Positions 39,400 to 49,814 of a DNA stretch of 64,000 nt are shown here, in pieces. The DNA comes from an uncultured Lachnospiraceae bacterium (GTDB lineage: Bacteria; Bacillota; Clostridia; Lachnospirales; Lachnospiraceae). Below the pieces are notes generated by a model. The model saw only the letters and a program-made list of their open reading frames with translations. It was not told the origin of the DNA and did not search any database. The translations under genes and the position numbers were made by a program. The DNA lies in NCBI GenBank assembly GCA_946414885.1, contig CAMKQH010000015.1:32881-96880 (forward strand), written 5' to 3'. The first letter of the stretch is position 1. Every line of letters begins with the position of its first letter.

Positions 39400-40155
39400 G
39401 ACAAGTTCAAATTTTTATTCCCTCATTAATCCACGGAATATACTTCATATATTCTTTCACTATTGCAGGAATAGCTTTTTTTCATAATGAATATGATCTA
39501 CATGCAAAAATCTCTTATTTTTCTTTTGTGCAAGATCTTCCATGTACAAAGCCATATCTTGATTTGGCATTTGTAACATCTCAGCGACATGTCTTATTCG
39601 CATATTTTTTCTGTTTTTATATTATTAATTTGATCATCTTTTTTTCTTTATATCCGCATATCTGAAGCCATTTCATATACTCTTTTTTTAGCAAACTGTT
39701 CTCAATGCTCTGGATATGTTTATTGGGAATAACGCTGTAGAATGAACCCAATAAAATAATATTATCCGTATATTGCTTTAAATACTCAATAAAGCAACGG
39801 AAATCCTTTTCAAAATCATCATAATCTTTTTCTTCGTATGATTGACCCAATTCATTAATTCTTGAATGATGTCCAATTTGAACATAAATCACATCCCATT
39901 TATAACTAGCAGAACAAAAAAGGCGTTTACTTGTTCGACAAAAAGAATGTCATGCAGGCCTGACGATGTCCCTAACATATCCACAGGACAATTAATCATT
40001 TTAGCAAATTGGCTGCGAACCATCCTTACCGTACTATCGCCAATTAAAAGTATTCTATGTTCGGAACTATCATTAGCTTGATCATACCAAAAATTCGACC
40101 ATTCGGTAGTTTCTCGACCATTTATGCTGTCATGCGTCTTAACAGTATAATTCAT
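39400..40155 (-). pseudogene. SGNH/GDSL hydrolase/acyltransferase broken by several homopolymer frameshifts
   Basis: ILLIGDST (block I) in 39889-40155; continues ..YKWDVIYVQIGHH in another frame; downstream LHVDHIHY (D-x-x-H); breaks at T/A runs 39916-21, 39639-45, ~39605-10 and 39476-82. Confidence 0.7.
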
Positions 40156-40213
40156 TGTCCTCTCCATGTAATGCCACATTAAATGTAATTATATCGTAAC
40201 TAATGAACTGCCA

Positions 40214-41155
40214 TCATTTCTCTTCTTGAATTAATCGCAAGATTTCTTGATTTGTATGCTCCTGCATGAAAATAACAAACGGAGTGTGTGGATCAAACAC
40301 AGTACTCCCATGTGATGAATTTGCACGAACAATTCTCATATAGTCCTTATACTCCACTGTTAATCTTGAATCATAACCATCCGGTATATTTATACTAGTA
40401 AACTCAAAGGGAACTTCATGCGAACTATCAAAACAATTGCTTTTCCAAATATGCTTGGGCTTTCCTCTCGAATATGCAACATAAGATACATATTCCGTTG
40501 CAAAACAATTATATTTCCCACACAAAGCCTCAAATTTATCAATAAGATTATCATAACCCATCGTCTTAAAAACGACTCGATAGATTAAATACTTTATCCT
40601 TTGCATTAATCCCTTGTATTCGAAACGATTTTTAAGACTTCCAACTTTTAATGTCCGGTAGGTAAGATTAATTTTCTTTAACCATTTATTTCTTTCACGA
40701 ATATCATCGGGGACATTATCTAAAGGGAAAATATCAATGAAAATGCCATGGTTGAAATCCTTTCCAACATCATTTTTAGTAAATGCCGTTGTATTAGAAT
40801 TACGCAATCTAGCGTAACCTCTGGGAAACATCTCTGAATGAGCATTTTGAAGAAAATATGGTTGCTTAAACTCTGTAGGTGCAATCTTAACCAGTTTATT
40901 ATAATCCTGGCGTTTCATCACTATGTCAATATCGTCATCCCAGGGTATAAAACCTTGATGCCGTACAGCCCCAATTAAAGTACCTGAATCTGCAAAATAT
41001 GTAAGTTGATACTTCTCACAAACTTTCTTAAGCTCTTCTAACAAATCTATTTCGATTGCCCATACTTCCTTCATTTTGGCTGTAATCAAAAAATCACATC
41101 TGGTTTCTTCCTCAATAAATCGGGCGGGAATCTGATTTGTAATATCTAATTCCAT
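40214..41155 (-). CDS. licD: LicD-family phosphotransferase (copy 2)
   Basis: SGTLIGAVRHQGFIPWDDDIDI, IDIFPLD. Confidence 0.9.
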   Translation of the reverse strand: MELDITNQIPARFIEEETRCDFLITAKMKEVWAIEIDLLEELKKVCEKYQLTYFADSGTLIGAVRHQGFIPWDDDIDIVMKRQDYNKLVKIAPTEFKQPYFLQNAHSEMFPRGYARLRNSNTTAFTKNDVGKDFNHGIFIDIFPLDNVPDDIRERNKWLKKINLTYRTLKVGSLKNRFEYKGLMQRIKYLIYRVVFKTMGYDNLIDKFEALCGKYNCFATEYVSYVAYSRGKPKHIWKSNCFDSSHEVPFEFTSINIPDGYDSRLTVEYKDYMRIVRANSSHGSTVFDPHTPFVIFMQEHTNQEILRLIQEEK

Positions 41156-41159
41156 TTTC

Positions 41160-41984
41160 TCATCTCCTTGCGTTTTTAAGCAATTTTTTTATTGTTTTAA
41201 TTATCCGTTTTGCCAATCGACCAGGTATATACCTAAGCGGCGTTGTTAGGCACATGAAACTAAACCAATAAAAAGGGTTATATGTAGATCGTTTGCTAAA
41301 AATCATTTCCAGCGTGATCCTCTTGCTTTTATTATTATATTTCTTAATCCCGCCTGCTTTAGAAATATCAAAATCGTAGATTAAATCATCAAAAGATTTA
41401 ATTGGGATGCCTTTATTTGCTGCCCTAATAATAAATTCCGGATCCGAGCCATAGTGCGGAAGCAAAACTGGATGAAATCCGCCCACTTTTCTAAATACTT
41501 TAACCGTAAAAAACAACGAATGTGTCGTTCCACTATTACCAATACTGTTAACGTCTCGCATCACTTCTTTGCCCGTTTTGCAATCGTATGCAATGATGCC
41601 TGATGTCATTTTTTTAGTATAAGGATCGTATCCCGTTCCAGAAACAAGACAATTATTTTGCTCTAATCTCTTTAACCCAAGTTTAAAATACTCATCCGGA
41701 ATGGAAATATCGTCATTACACATATATACGGCATCGTCGTCTTTAGCATTCTTCATTAGCCACTTATATGCCTTATGCAATGAGCCACCCCACCATAAAT
41801 GACCATTACCATATATGATAATCGCATCCGGCAATAGATTACGAATCATTTCAGATGTTCCATCTGTTGATCCGTCGTCAACAATAAGAAGTCGCCAGTC
41901 TTTGTAGGTTTGTCTTAATAGGTTCTCAATAAAAGCTTTTGTAATATCTTTTCTATTATGAACTGCCGTTACAACATATAGCAT
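41160..41984 (-). CDS. GT2 glycosyltransferase (rhamnosyltransferase-like)
   Basis: VDDGSTDGT, LWWGG, MCNDD, GGFHPVLLPHYGSD. Confidence 0.88.
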   Translation of the reverse strand: MLYVVTAVHNRKDITKAFIENLLRQTYKDWRLLIVDDGSTDGTSEMIRNLLPDAIIIYGNGHLWWGGSLHKAYKWLMKNAKDDDAVYMCNDDISIPDEYFKLGLKRLEQNNCLVSGTGYDPYTKKMTSGIIAYDCKTGKEVMRDVNSIGNSGTTHSLFFTVKVFRKVGGFHPVLLPHYGSDPEFIIRAANKGIPIKSFDDLIYDFDISKAGGIKKYNNKSKRITLEMIFSKRSTYNPFYWFSFMCLTTPLRYIPGRLAKRIIKTIKKLLKNARR

Positions 41985-42049
41985 AGCGGGTCTCCTTATT
42001 TAATCAAGTATTTATCATGCCAGAAATAATGTCCAGCCATTAAAAATCA

Positions 42050-42607
42050 TTATAATTCGAATTGTATTTTATTATCCTTGAACATAGGATGTTTTTTATC
42101 TTTTTCACTCAAAATCACACTCCCAACATTAGGCCATTCTATTCCAATGTCAGGATCGTTCCACATTATACCGTCTTCATCTTCAGGATGATATATTTCA
42201 TCACATTTATAGGCAAATTCAGCATAATCCGATACAACTATAAAACCATGTGCAAATCCTCTCGGAATCATAAACTGTCGATGATTCTCACCCGAAAGAA
42301 GGATCCCAACCCACTTTCCATATGTTTCACTGTCTTTACGAAGATCTACAGCCACGTCAAAAACTTCTCCACTTAAAACCCTGACTAACTTTGCCTGCGG
42401 GTATTTCTTTTGAAAGTGAAGACCTCGAAGCACTCCTTTTTTACTACTAGACTGATTATCTTGTATAAAATCATATTTTAGGCCCGCTTCAATAAACTCT
42501 TTCTCTTTGTATGTTTCCATAAAATAACCCCTGTTGTCGCCGTAGACCTTAACATCTATTATATATACACCTTTAATATTCGTTTCATTAAACACAAAAT
42601 TTCCCAT
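42050..42607 (-). CDS. rfbC: dTDP-4-dehydrorhamnose 3,5-epimerase (copy 2)
   Basis: DNRGYFMETY, QDNQS, RGLHFQ, PRGFAHGF. Confidence 0.92.
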   Translation of the reverse strand: MGNFVFNETNIKGVYIIDVKVYGDNRGYFMETYKEKEFIEAGLKYDFIQDNQSSSKKGVLRGLHFQKKYPQAKLVRVLSGEVFDVAVDLRKDSETYGKWVGILLSGENHRQFMIPRGFAHGFIVVSDYAEFAYKCDEIYHPEDEDGIMWNDPDIGIEWPNVGSVILSEKDKKHPMFKDNKIQFEL

Positions 42608-42628
42608 TAGTTTTCCTCAACTTATTTT

Positions 42629-43843
42629 TCAATTTTTTTGTGAATTGGTCATATTCTCTTCTTTTCTTAAAAAGAAAATCAGCGTAAAAAAAATGGAATA
42701 CTGAAATCCAAAACAAGATAAAATGATCATACTGGCTATTAGAAGAAATAATCTTGATATCTTCGTATTGCCTATGACAAAACAAAACCTAATCACCTTA
42801 ATTGCAAAATACAATCCACACGCGAGACCAAATATAGTAAAATTTGAAAGTACTGTATTTAGATTTGAAACCGCTCTCCTACTTCCTAACGATCTCATGT
42901 ATTCTTCTATCAATGTTGCTCCCTTAGTAACTCCTACTCCAAAAATAGGATGAGCTTTAATAATCATTAAATTAGCAGTAAAACAATTTTTCCTGCCTAA
43001 AAACGACTCATTTTCCTCATAAATTTTACTAAATAGCTTATTATTCAACGATTCACTATATATCATTAACAAAACCATCAAAATAATTAAAGCGCATACT
43101 CCAACCTTCATCCAGGTATGATTTGTTTTATTGTTTTCTCTAAAAACAAGCGCTCCAAGTACCAACGCGAGTGCTAGATATCCTGTGGTAGAAAAAGTCA
43201 ACGCAAGCGAAACTAAGAGCAATACAATGTATTTAACATCTTTCTTCTTTGCTGCAAAAAATTCTAAAGCTAGCGAAAAACATATATAAGAAGCAAATGG
43301 ACCCGGTTCCCAAAAGGGACCTCTCAATTTTGTCATAAAACCAGCAGTGCGCCTTACCGGGACATTACTAATAAAAATTGTATAATAGCTACTTCCTCTT
43401 CTGTTAACAACCGTCGGTAAAAAAGACATCGGCACATTCAATAGATATAATGCAAAAAAAATAAGACCAGCGACAAGTAAAAATTTCATTACTTTTCTAT
43501 AATACAGTGCGAACTCCTCCATTGAGAATTTCTCACTCATATATATAGCAAATGCGAATAAACAAATTTTAAAAAACCATGCACCAGATATATTGTCAAT
43601 GCGAACCATACCGAAAAGCATTATTCCCGCTACGACAGCAAGCTTTACATACTCTCTGCCAAACACTCTTTCTCGTATAAGCAGAACCGCTGTAAAAAGA
43701 ATAAAACTCCATTGAAACGCGGTTTGAAAATATGCTCTACATACCAGCCCGTCGGCAAAGCAAATTATATATAGCATTAGGAGAAACATTACTGCCTCTC
43801 TTTTCTCTATTCTGATTTTATACTTTCCCTCGTTGTTTCCCAC
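42629..43843 (-). CDS. wzy: Wzy-type polysaccharide polymerase
   Basis: ~11 TM segments, GPFWEPG, TFSTTGY, HPIFGVG; located among glycosyltransferase genes. Confidence 0.75.
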   Translation of the reverse strand: MGNNEGKYKIRIEKREAVMFLLMLYIICFADGLVCRAYFQTAFQWSFILFTAVLLIRERVFGREYVKLAVVAGIMLFGMVRIDNISGAWFFKICLFAFAIYMSEKFSMEEFALYYRKVMKFLLVAGLIFFALYLLNVPMSFLPTVVNRRGSSYYTIFISNVPVRRTAGFMTKLRGPFWEPGPFASYICFSLALEFFAAKKKDVKYIVLLLVSLALTFSTTGYLALALVLGALVFRENNKTNHTWMKVGVCALIILMVLLMIYSESLNNKLFSKIYEENESFLGRKNCFTANLMIIKAHPIFGVGVTKGATLIEEYMRSLGSRRAVSNLNTVLSNFTIFGLACGLYFAIKVIRFCFVIGNTKISRLFLLIASMIILSCFGFQYSIFFTLIFFLRKEENMTNSQKN

Positions 43844-43873
43844 TTTTTTCCCTCTAACAAACCTGCGTGTCCA

Positions 43874-44995
43874 TCATTTTAAAAAAGAGCAGAATCTCGG
43901 AGCAACAGAATCCCACATATAATTATCTTCAATTTCTTTTCTTGATGCCCTGCCTAACTCATCCCTAGAACATAATGCCTTATTAATTAATTCGACCCAT
44001 TCGCCAATCTCATCCGAATCACACAAATAACCGTTGACACCATCTGTTATAATATCATTCGGTCCTGGGGCAGTATGTGCTACAACTGGAAGACCATAAT
44101 ACATCGCCTCTAAAATCGTCATTCCAAAAATCTCTTTAGGGGAAAGATTAATAATACAATCGCAAGCAACAAAATACTTATACATCTCTGCATAAGGAAC
44201 CCTTCCCACGTAAGATACTTTGTTTTCAATATCTAGTTGTTTAATATAATGAATCAACTGTTCTTCCTGCGAACCTTTTCCGATTATTACAAGTTTGGTC
44301 TTTATGCCTTGATCTAACATGGCCTTCAAAATGTCACATGCCATCAAGGGGTTCTTATACGAAACTAATCTTCCAACAAAAAGCAAAACCGTTTCATCTG
44401 TCTCATATCCCAAACTGTCTCGAATGGATATGTCTAAGTTTTTGTTGGGTTGTAATATGTCGTCATCTAATCCAACATTAATCACTCCCGCACATTTTAC
44501 ATTAAGACTCTCCATCTCGCGCTGCACCTTTTTAGTTTTGGCAATATTGATGGATTTCTCATAAGATCGTCGGTTTCTTGCAAGAATAAGCTTAGTATAC
44601 GCTTGATTTATCCACCTCGGATTATCTGACAGAACATTACCAAAATAATGTATGCAGGGAATATTTCTCTTAGCTGACCATTCTATAACATTTTTCGACC
44701 AAAGCTGACTGTCGGAAAAAAGAATAATCCCTTCTGGATTGTACTTTTCCAAAAGTTTAACATCAAAAATACCATGAATGCCAATGTGTTTATGCGGAAG
44801 ATAATAAACATAGTCATATGTGTCATCCTGTATCACCGTATCGGTTTCTTTATTCAGATACAATACCGTGACCTTATGACCAAGTTTTATCATCGCATTA
44901 GCCAAGCCAACTTCTTGAACGTTATAAGTTCCAATATGTCCAAAATTACTTGTTCCCAATCGCATAATTATCAAATTCACAAAAGGTACCTCCAA
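43874..44995 (-). CDS. GT4 glycosyltransferase
   Basis: LLFVGRL, EIFGMTILEAMYYGLPVV (E-x7-E). Confidence 0.9.
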   Translation of the reverse strand: MEVPFVNLIIMRLGTSNFGHIGTYNVQEVGLANAMIKLGHKVTVLYLNKETDTVIQDDTYDYVYYLPHKHIGIHGIFDVKLLEKYNPEGIILFSDSQLWSKNVIEWSAKRNIPCIHYFGNVLSDNPRWINQAYTKLILARNRRSYEKSINIAKTKKVQREMESLNVKCAGVINVGLDDDILQPNKNLDISIRDSLGYETDETVLLFVGRLVSYKNPLMACDILKAMLDQGIKTKLVIIGKGSQEEQLIHYIKQLDIENKVSYVGRVPYAEMYKYFVACDCIINLSPKEIFGMTILEAMYYGLPVVAHTAPGPNDIITDGVNGYLCDSDEIGEWVELINKALCSRDELGRASRKEIEDNYMWDSVAPRFCSFLK

Positions 44996-44998
44996 CTG

Positions 44999-45766
44999 CT
45001 AAAATTTCCATCCCCATTTTTTATAATACTTTTTCATGCTGTCAGTTAACATCTTTTTAGCCGCTTTAGAATGATGTGCAGCTCTTTTTCCCTCGTGAAT
45101 AATTTGAAACTGCGGCAAATACATAATCTTTCCTTTTTTCCTTATTGAGCGGGAAATATCGAAATCCTCAAAATACATGAAATATCGTTCGTCGAAATAA
45201 CCTATAGCCTCTGCCGCTTTTTTTCTCATTGCCATAAATGAACCTGAGCATATTTCAATTTCAAAGGGTTCTTTCGCGTTCTTAACTTCCTCTTCTCTTT
45301 GATACTCTTTTAACCATTTTTTCGTGAATCCCATTTTAGGAAAAAACCGCGCGAATAAATACCGAAGTTTTGGATCTCTTTTGGGTGGACATTTTAGTTC
45401 TCCATCCATGTCGTGAACTGCAGGAATACACATAACTACTTCCTCATGCTTATCCATGTAATCTACAATATGTTGAATAAGATCTTTCTCAAAGAGAATG
45501 TCTGGATTAATGACGAAATGATATTCTGCATTAGTCACTCGCAACGCCTGATTGTGTCCGCCACCATATCCAGCATTATTCTTGGATTCTATTAACTTAA
45601 CTTTAGGATATTCCTTCTTAATAATTTCCTTTGTCTTATCAACAGAACAGTTATCTACCACGTAAACATCCATGTTGTCAATGCAACTGCTATTTATAAG
45701 AGAATCCAAAACTCCCTTAATCTCATTTTCGTTGTTATAAGTGACAACAGATGCACTGATTTTCAT
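44999..45766 (-). CDS. GT2 glycosyltransferase
   Basis: VVDNCS, NAGYGGGHN, INPD, GYFDERYFMYFED. Confidence 0.9.
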   Translation of the reverse strand: MKISASVVTYNNENEIKGVLDSLINSSCIDNMDVYVVDNCSVDKTKEIIKKEYPKVKLIESKNNAGYGGGHNQALRVTNAEYHFVINPDILFEKDLIQHIVDYMDKHEEVVMCIPAVHDMDGELKCPPKRDPKLRYLFARFFPKMGFTKKWLKEYQREEEVKNAKEPFEIEICSGSFMAMRKKAAEAIGYFDERYFMYFEDFDISRSIRKKGKIMYLPQFQIIHEGKRAAHHSKAAKKMLTDSMKKYYKKWGWKF

Positions 45767-46914
45767 CTTTTTCTCTTCTCCATCTCAGTATTATATTTCT
45801 TAAGACAACTTATCGAGTACGAAAACCAAGGTTTCGGATCAGCCCATGAAAAAACAAAATCATATGTTTTATGGAACTTAAAACCATCTCTAAATCGCTC
45901 TGGCGATTTCAGGAACCACATCGCACTCGCTTGAACGTGACGAACCCGAATCCCCTCTGGATAGTCGATCATGTAAGAAGTAACTGGTTGGTCAAACGCT
46001 CTTTCAAGCGTCTGCCTTACAATGTGAGCACCGCAACATACGCTAACTTTTACGCTGGCGGAAATACGTCCATTGATTTCCATCACGCGCGGAATATGAT
46101 CTTCTTCGCTCTCGATAAAGCAAACGGAAGCATACCCATGCCAATTCATTAACTTAAGCAATTTTTCTGCCTGCGCCGTTACCTCTGGCATCTTGCAGCT
46201 TTCAAACAAGGAATTCGTCCCAATGCCCAATGGATACGGACGAGAAGATTTTGCCAACATGGATGTTTTTGTTTCTCCGTTGTTGTCGATAAAGGTATAA
46301 GAAACGCGATGTATTTCTCCTCGCTTCATAAACTGCTGAATAACGTACTCTTCCACCTTAACCGTTCCGCTATTGATCAGTTCATCCAATTCTTCTTTGG
46401 TTTCTGCCTTATGAATTCCACGCGAACCAGAACCAACGCGGGGCTTAAGAATCAGCGGGAATGATACCTTTTCAAGGAATTCATCCATTGATTCTTCGTC
46501 CAATTTGGTGATTGGACAAGGGATGCCATTCTTCATGCACAGCTCCATCGTAAGTTGCTTATCTTCTGCGTGGATGAATCCTTCCTCGTCCGCACATGCA
46601 AACTTAACATATTGTCTGTAGTTATCCTTATTATCGTACAAAACTTGCGTAGCTGGCTCCAACATAGGAAAAACAACATCATACTTCCCGCTAGGAATTT
46701 CTCTATCAAGAACCTTTTTCAGTTCCTCCATGTCGTATCTGGTTTGTGGTTCCAGGATTTTTGCGTTAACGTACTTTGAAGTATAGCCCACGTCATGTTT
46801 AGACACGCACAGAGTCGTGATTACGCACCCAAGATCATGAAGTTCCTTCAAAACAATGGCACACTGCCTGCCATAACCATCGAGAACTAATACTCTTACA
46901 CCCTTAAAATCCAT
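45763..46914 (-). CDS. ATP-grasp carboxylate-amine ligase
   Basis: FPLILKPRVGSGSRG, IQQF, VMEINGR; shares the LxLdGYxRQC N-terminus and FSWxDPxPWF C-terminus with 25181-26344. Confidence 0.85.
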   Translation of the reverse strand: MDFKGVRVLVLDGYGRQCAIVLKELHDLGCVITTLCVSKHDVGYTSKYVNAKILEPQTRYDMEELKKVLDREIPSGKYDVVFPMLEPATQVLYDNKDNYRQYVKFACADEEGFIHAEDKQLTMELCMKNGIPCPITKLDEESMDEFLEKVSFPLILKPRVGSGSRGIHKAETKEELDELINSGTVKVEEYVIQQFMKRGEIHRVSYTFIDNNGETKTSMLAKSSRPYPLGIGTNSLFESCKMPEVTAQAEKLLKLMNWHGYASVCFIESEEDHIPRVMEINGRISASVKVSVCCGAHIVRQTLERAFDQPVTSYMIDYPEGIRVRHVQASAMWFLKSPERFRDGFKFHKTYDFVFSWADPKPWFSYSISCLKKYNTEMEKRKR

Positions 46915-46923
46915 ATGCGCTCC

Positions 46924-47745
46924 TTATTCACTCTTCAGCGGATGTACCGCTTTATTTATCAAATAAGTTTTTTCATTTTTTCCCAAAATCGTTTTGAGAA
47001 CTCCATACCCGCAATTCACAATCCATCGCGGGAACCACAAAACAATCTTGGCCCGGCCTTCTGCCTTCTCTGCCTTGATGTAATCCGGCGTCCACATCGG
47101 CGAAGGATTCTTTATGATCCGAATGTCATTCCGTGGTTCTTCCTTGCACCAGCCCACCATTGCCGCAACGGCATTTTCAATGCTTAGGATCTCAAAGCTT
47201 GTCCCATTGCCTACTCTGTAAGCAATATTGGGATACTTAAGGTAATATCTCTTCTGAATGTCTCTCTTAATTGTTTCCGTATAAACCGGACTAAAGCGGA
47301 AGATTGTATAGTGCTTCACCTTTTTACACTCCTCTTCCGCCATTGCCTTACTCTTTCCATACTTGCTTACTGGATGGATCGGCGTATTCCCGTTTACCGG
47401 TGCCTTTCCGTCATAAAATCCAAATACGTCCACCGTGCTGATGAACAATAAGGGCTTTTCGCCTGCCACTTCAAACACGTTCTTCGCGCACTCGACGTTG
47501 ACGTGCTGATATCGCTCCCAAGAAAGATCATCTTCTCCAGCAGTGTGAGCCAAGGCCGCCAAATGAATAAATCTGTCAGCTTCCTGAGCAACCTCAGCAA
47601 GTTTGGCTTTGTCTGCCAAATCCACTTGAACAATGCCTTCCCCCGCGATTCTGTCCACGGCAATCACTTGATATCCAGCTTCACTAAGTCCCTTTACTAC
47701 TTGAGAACCTATCATACCCTTTGCGCCAGTGACTAATACTTTCAT
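46924..47745 (-). CDS. NAD-dependent epimerase/dehydratase
   Basis: VTGAKGMIG, HLAALAH, YGKSK. Confidence 0.88.
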   Translation of the reverse strand: MKVLVTGAKGMIGSQVVKGLSEAGYQVIAVDRIAGEGIVQVDLADKAKLAEVAQEADRFIHLAALAHTAGEDDLSWERYQHVNVECAKNVFEVAGEKPLLFISTVDVFGFYDGKAPVNGNTPIHPVSKYGKSKAMAEEECKKVKHYTIFRFSPVYTETIKRDIQKRYYLKYPNIAYRVGNGTSFEILSIENAVAAMVGWCKEEPRNDIRIIKNPSPMWTPDYIKAEKAEGRAKIVLWFPRWIVNCGYGVLKTILGKNEKTYLINKAVHPLKSE

Positions 47746-47747
47746 TC

Positions 47748-48446
47748 TTACACCTCATCAAGGGCACGCCTGTCCCCATTTACGGCATCAATCATTTCTT
47801 TCAAAATCTTTTTCTGCGGTTTTTTAATGATCGTTCCGAGAATACAGAGTACGGTATACCAAATCAACTTAATGTCATAAAACACGGTCTGCTTTCCGAT
47901 ATAGAACCGATCCAGCGCCAGTCTGGTCGGCGCTACCTTTTCCATGTATTCCGCTTCGTCCTCAATCTCATCCCCATAGAGGTAATCATAAAGAGCAGCG
48001 GGGGAGGTGAGTCCGGCTTTTACCTGCGCTACAATTGCGTTTTCGCCGCCTCTCGTGATCGGAATTTGATCAACTGCGGCCGGTCTAGGCCCAACCACGG
48101 CCATGTCTCCCAAAAATACGTTCAAAAGCTGGGGTAACTCGTCAATCTTTGTGGCTCTGATGAACTTGCCAAATGGAAAGATGCGATCTTGATCCGGTCT
48201 TAAACTCTTTTCATTTGCACTTTTATCAACGCGCATGGATCTAAACTTATACATTTTGAAAGTGCGGTTATTTTTCGTAACTCGGTTCGCAAAATAAAAG
48301 ATTGGCCCAGGATCAGAAATCAGAATGCCAATGATCGCGATAATCCAAACGGGAATCAAAACGATGAGTGCAATTCCGGAAGCCCCTATGTCAAATGCCC
48401 GTTTAATAAACCTGTAAAACAAACTCGGCTTCATAATGATCCTCAC
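47748..48446 (-). CDS. priming (initiating) phosphoglycosyl transferase, Bac_transf family
   Basis: KRAFDI, YKFRSM, IDELPQLLNVFLGDMAVVGPRP. Confidence 0.92.
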   Translation of the reverse strand: MRIIMKPSLFYRFIKRAFDIGASGIALIVLIPVWIIAIIGILISDPGPIFYFANRVTKNNRTFKMYKFRSMRVDKSANEKSLRPDQDRIFPFGKFIRATKIDELPQLLNVFLGDMAVVGPRPAAVDQIPITRGGENAIVAQVKAGLTSPAALYDYLYGDEIEDEAEYMEKVAPTRLALDRFYIGKQTVFYDIKLIWYTVLCILGTIIKKPQKKILKEMIDAVNGDRRALDEV

Positions 48447-49114
48447 ATTCTGTAGAACACGGATTCAAATGCTTCTGCGTAGTTACAACCTGCCTGAACG
48501 CCGCGATATGCCGCAATTCCGGTGATTGCCTCTTCCGATCTGGGATGCGGATAAGGACGCATCACGCCTTTATAACATGCCAATGCCTGAATCTTCAAAT
48601 CAACTCCGTCTTTTCCAACTTCCACAAACATGTTGGGAGCGAACCGGTTAGACGAAGAATCAAAGGACCATTCCGTGCTGGAAGGAACTTCCATGTAGAT
48701 AAACTGCTTCAATGCCGGCACGCCGGGTCTCCTCTGGAAGAGACGCGATGCAGCTTGCGCCGCATAGCTCGTCATGACGTGATCATTATTAGTGTCAGAC
48801 GGATGGTGCGTATAAATAACCTCTGCCTTCCAATCCTCGATTGCATGCTCAATAAACTGAACCAATTTTAAATGTGGAACCGTATTCATTTGTATATTGG
48901 GGAAATCTCCGGCGTAAGACTTTTGAATGCCCATGATTTCAAATGCTTTTGCCTGATCGCTTTGCAGCGTATCCGACAAATTAACCCTCGCTCCCGCTTG
49001 ATTCACCAAAGTCGCAACAGCCACGTTGTGTCCTTCGGAAACAAGCTTATGTATTGTTGCTCCCGCTCCCAAAACTTCATCATCCGGGTGTGCTACTACA
49101 AATAAAACATTCAT
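48443..49114 (-). CDS. PIG-L/LmbE-family de-N-acetylase
   Basis: AHPDDEVLGAG, THHPSDTNNDH, YPHPRS. Confidence 0.9.
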   Translation of the reverse strand: MNVLFVVAHPDDEVLGAGATIHKLVSEGHNVAVATLVNQAGARVNLSDTLQSDQAKAFEIMGIQKSYAGDFPNIQMNTVPHLKLVQFIEHAIEDWKAEVIYTHHPSDTNNDHVMTSYAAQAASRLFQRRPGVPALKQFIYMEVPSSTEWSFDSSSNRFAPNMFVEVGKDGVDLKIQALACYKGVMRPYPHPRSEEAITGIAAYRGVQAGCNYAEAFESVFYRM

Positions 49115-49133
49115 ATCTCATCCATCCTTCTGC

Positions 49134-49514
49134 TTATTCATGTAATCCGATTGGTTGCCCGTCGGGATCCCTGAAGAACACATACCTGCATCCAAGCCAG
49201 TTCGTACAGATGGGGCTATACTCGATCTCAAACCCAGCCTCCTTCATGGCCTCCCGAACCTCTTCCATGCTGCTCTCCAGCTGATCCACCTTGAACGCCA
49301 GATTTCTCAAGCCTAAATTCTCAGGATTGTCCGCCCGCTCCGGGTGCTTCGGGTCCACAAACAGCATTAGCGTCATCCCATGCCCATCCATCATCACGAC
49401 CTCGTCATACTCCCGCATGGTCCGAAACGTCTCCTCAAAGCCGAGCACCTTGTAAAAGGCCACTGACTTCTCTTCCGATACTATGATCGCCAAATGTCGT
49501 AATCCTTTTATCAT
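49134..49514 (-). CDS. VOC (glyoxalase/bleomycin-resistance) family protein
   Basis: GLRHLAIIV, GLRNLAFKV, FFRDPDGQPIGLHE. Confidence 0.85.
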   Translation of the reverse strand: MIKGLRHLAIIVSEEKSVAFYKVLGFEETFRTMREYDEVVMMDGHGMTLMLFVDPKHPERADNPENLGLRNLAFKVDQLESSMEEVREAMKEAGFEIEYSPICTNWLGCRYVFFRDPDGQPIGLHE

Positions 49515-49703
49515 CGTTACGCCCTCACCTTTTCCTTGCCCGCCATCTCTTTTGTAAAACCCCATAATAGCCCACTATCCCATAATCTTAAAAATTTTAA
49601 CACAATTTTAATAAATCGTCTAGATTTTTTCTTCTCTTTACAGAAATTTAATCAATTCTTGCCCGCCCCTCCCATTTCTTGCCCTCCCCGCCCCATCGAT
49701 CGA

Positions 49704-49728
49704 GTCTCCGGGACGTGTCTACTGACAT
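49704..49728 (+). repeat. REP-like repeat, copy 2
   Basis: GTCTCCGGGACGTGTCTACTGACAT. Confidence 0.7.
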
Positions 49729-49814
49729 GTTTTCCTGCCGGAAAACGCGTCAGGTAGAAAGGAATTCAGCTAATCCAAAGAAATCGCCTGGCCAAGATGA
49801 AAAGCAAAATGAAA

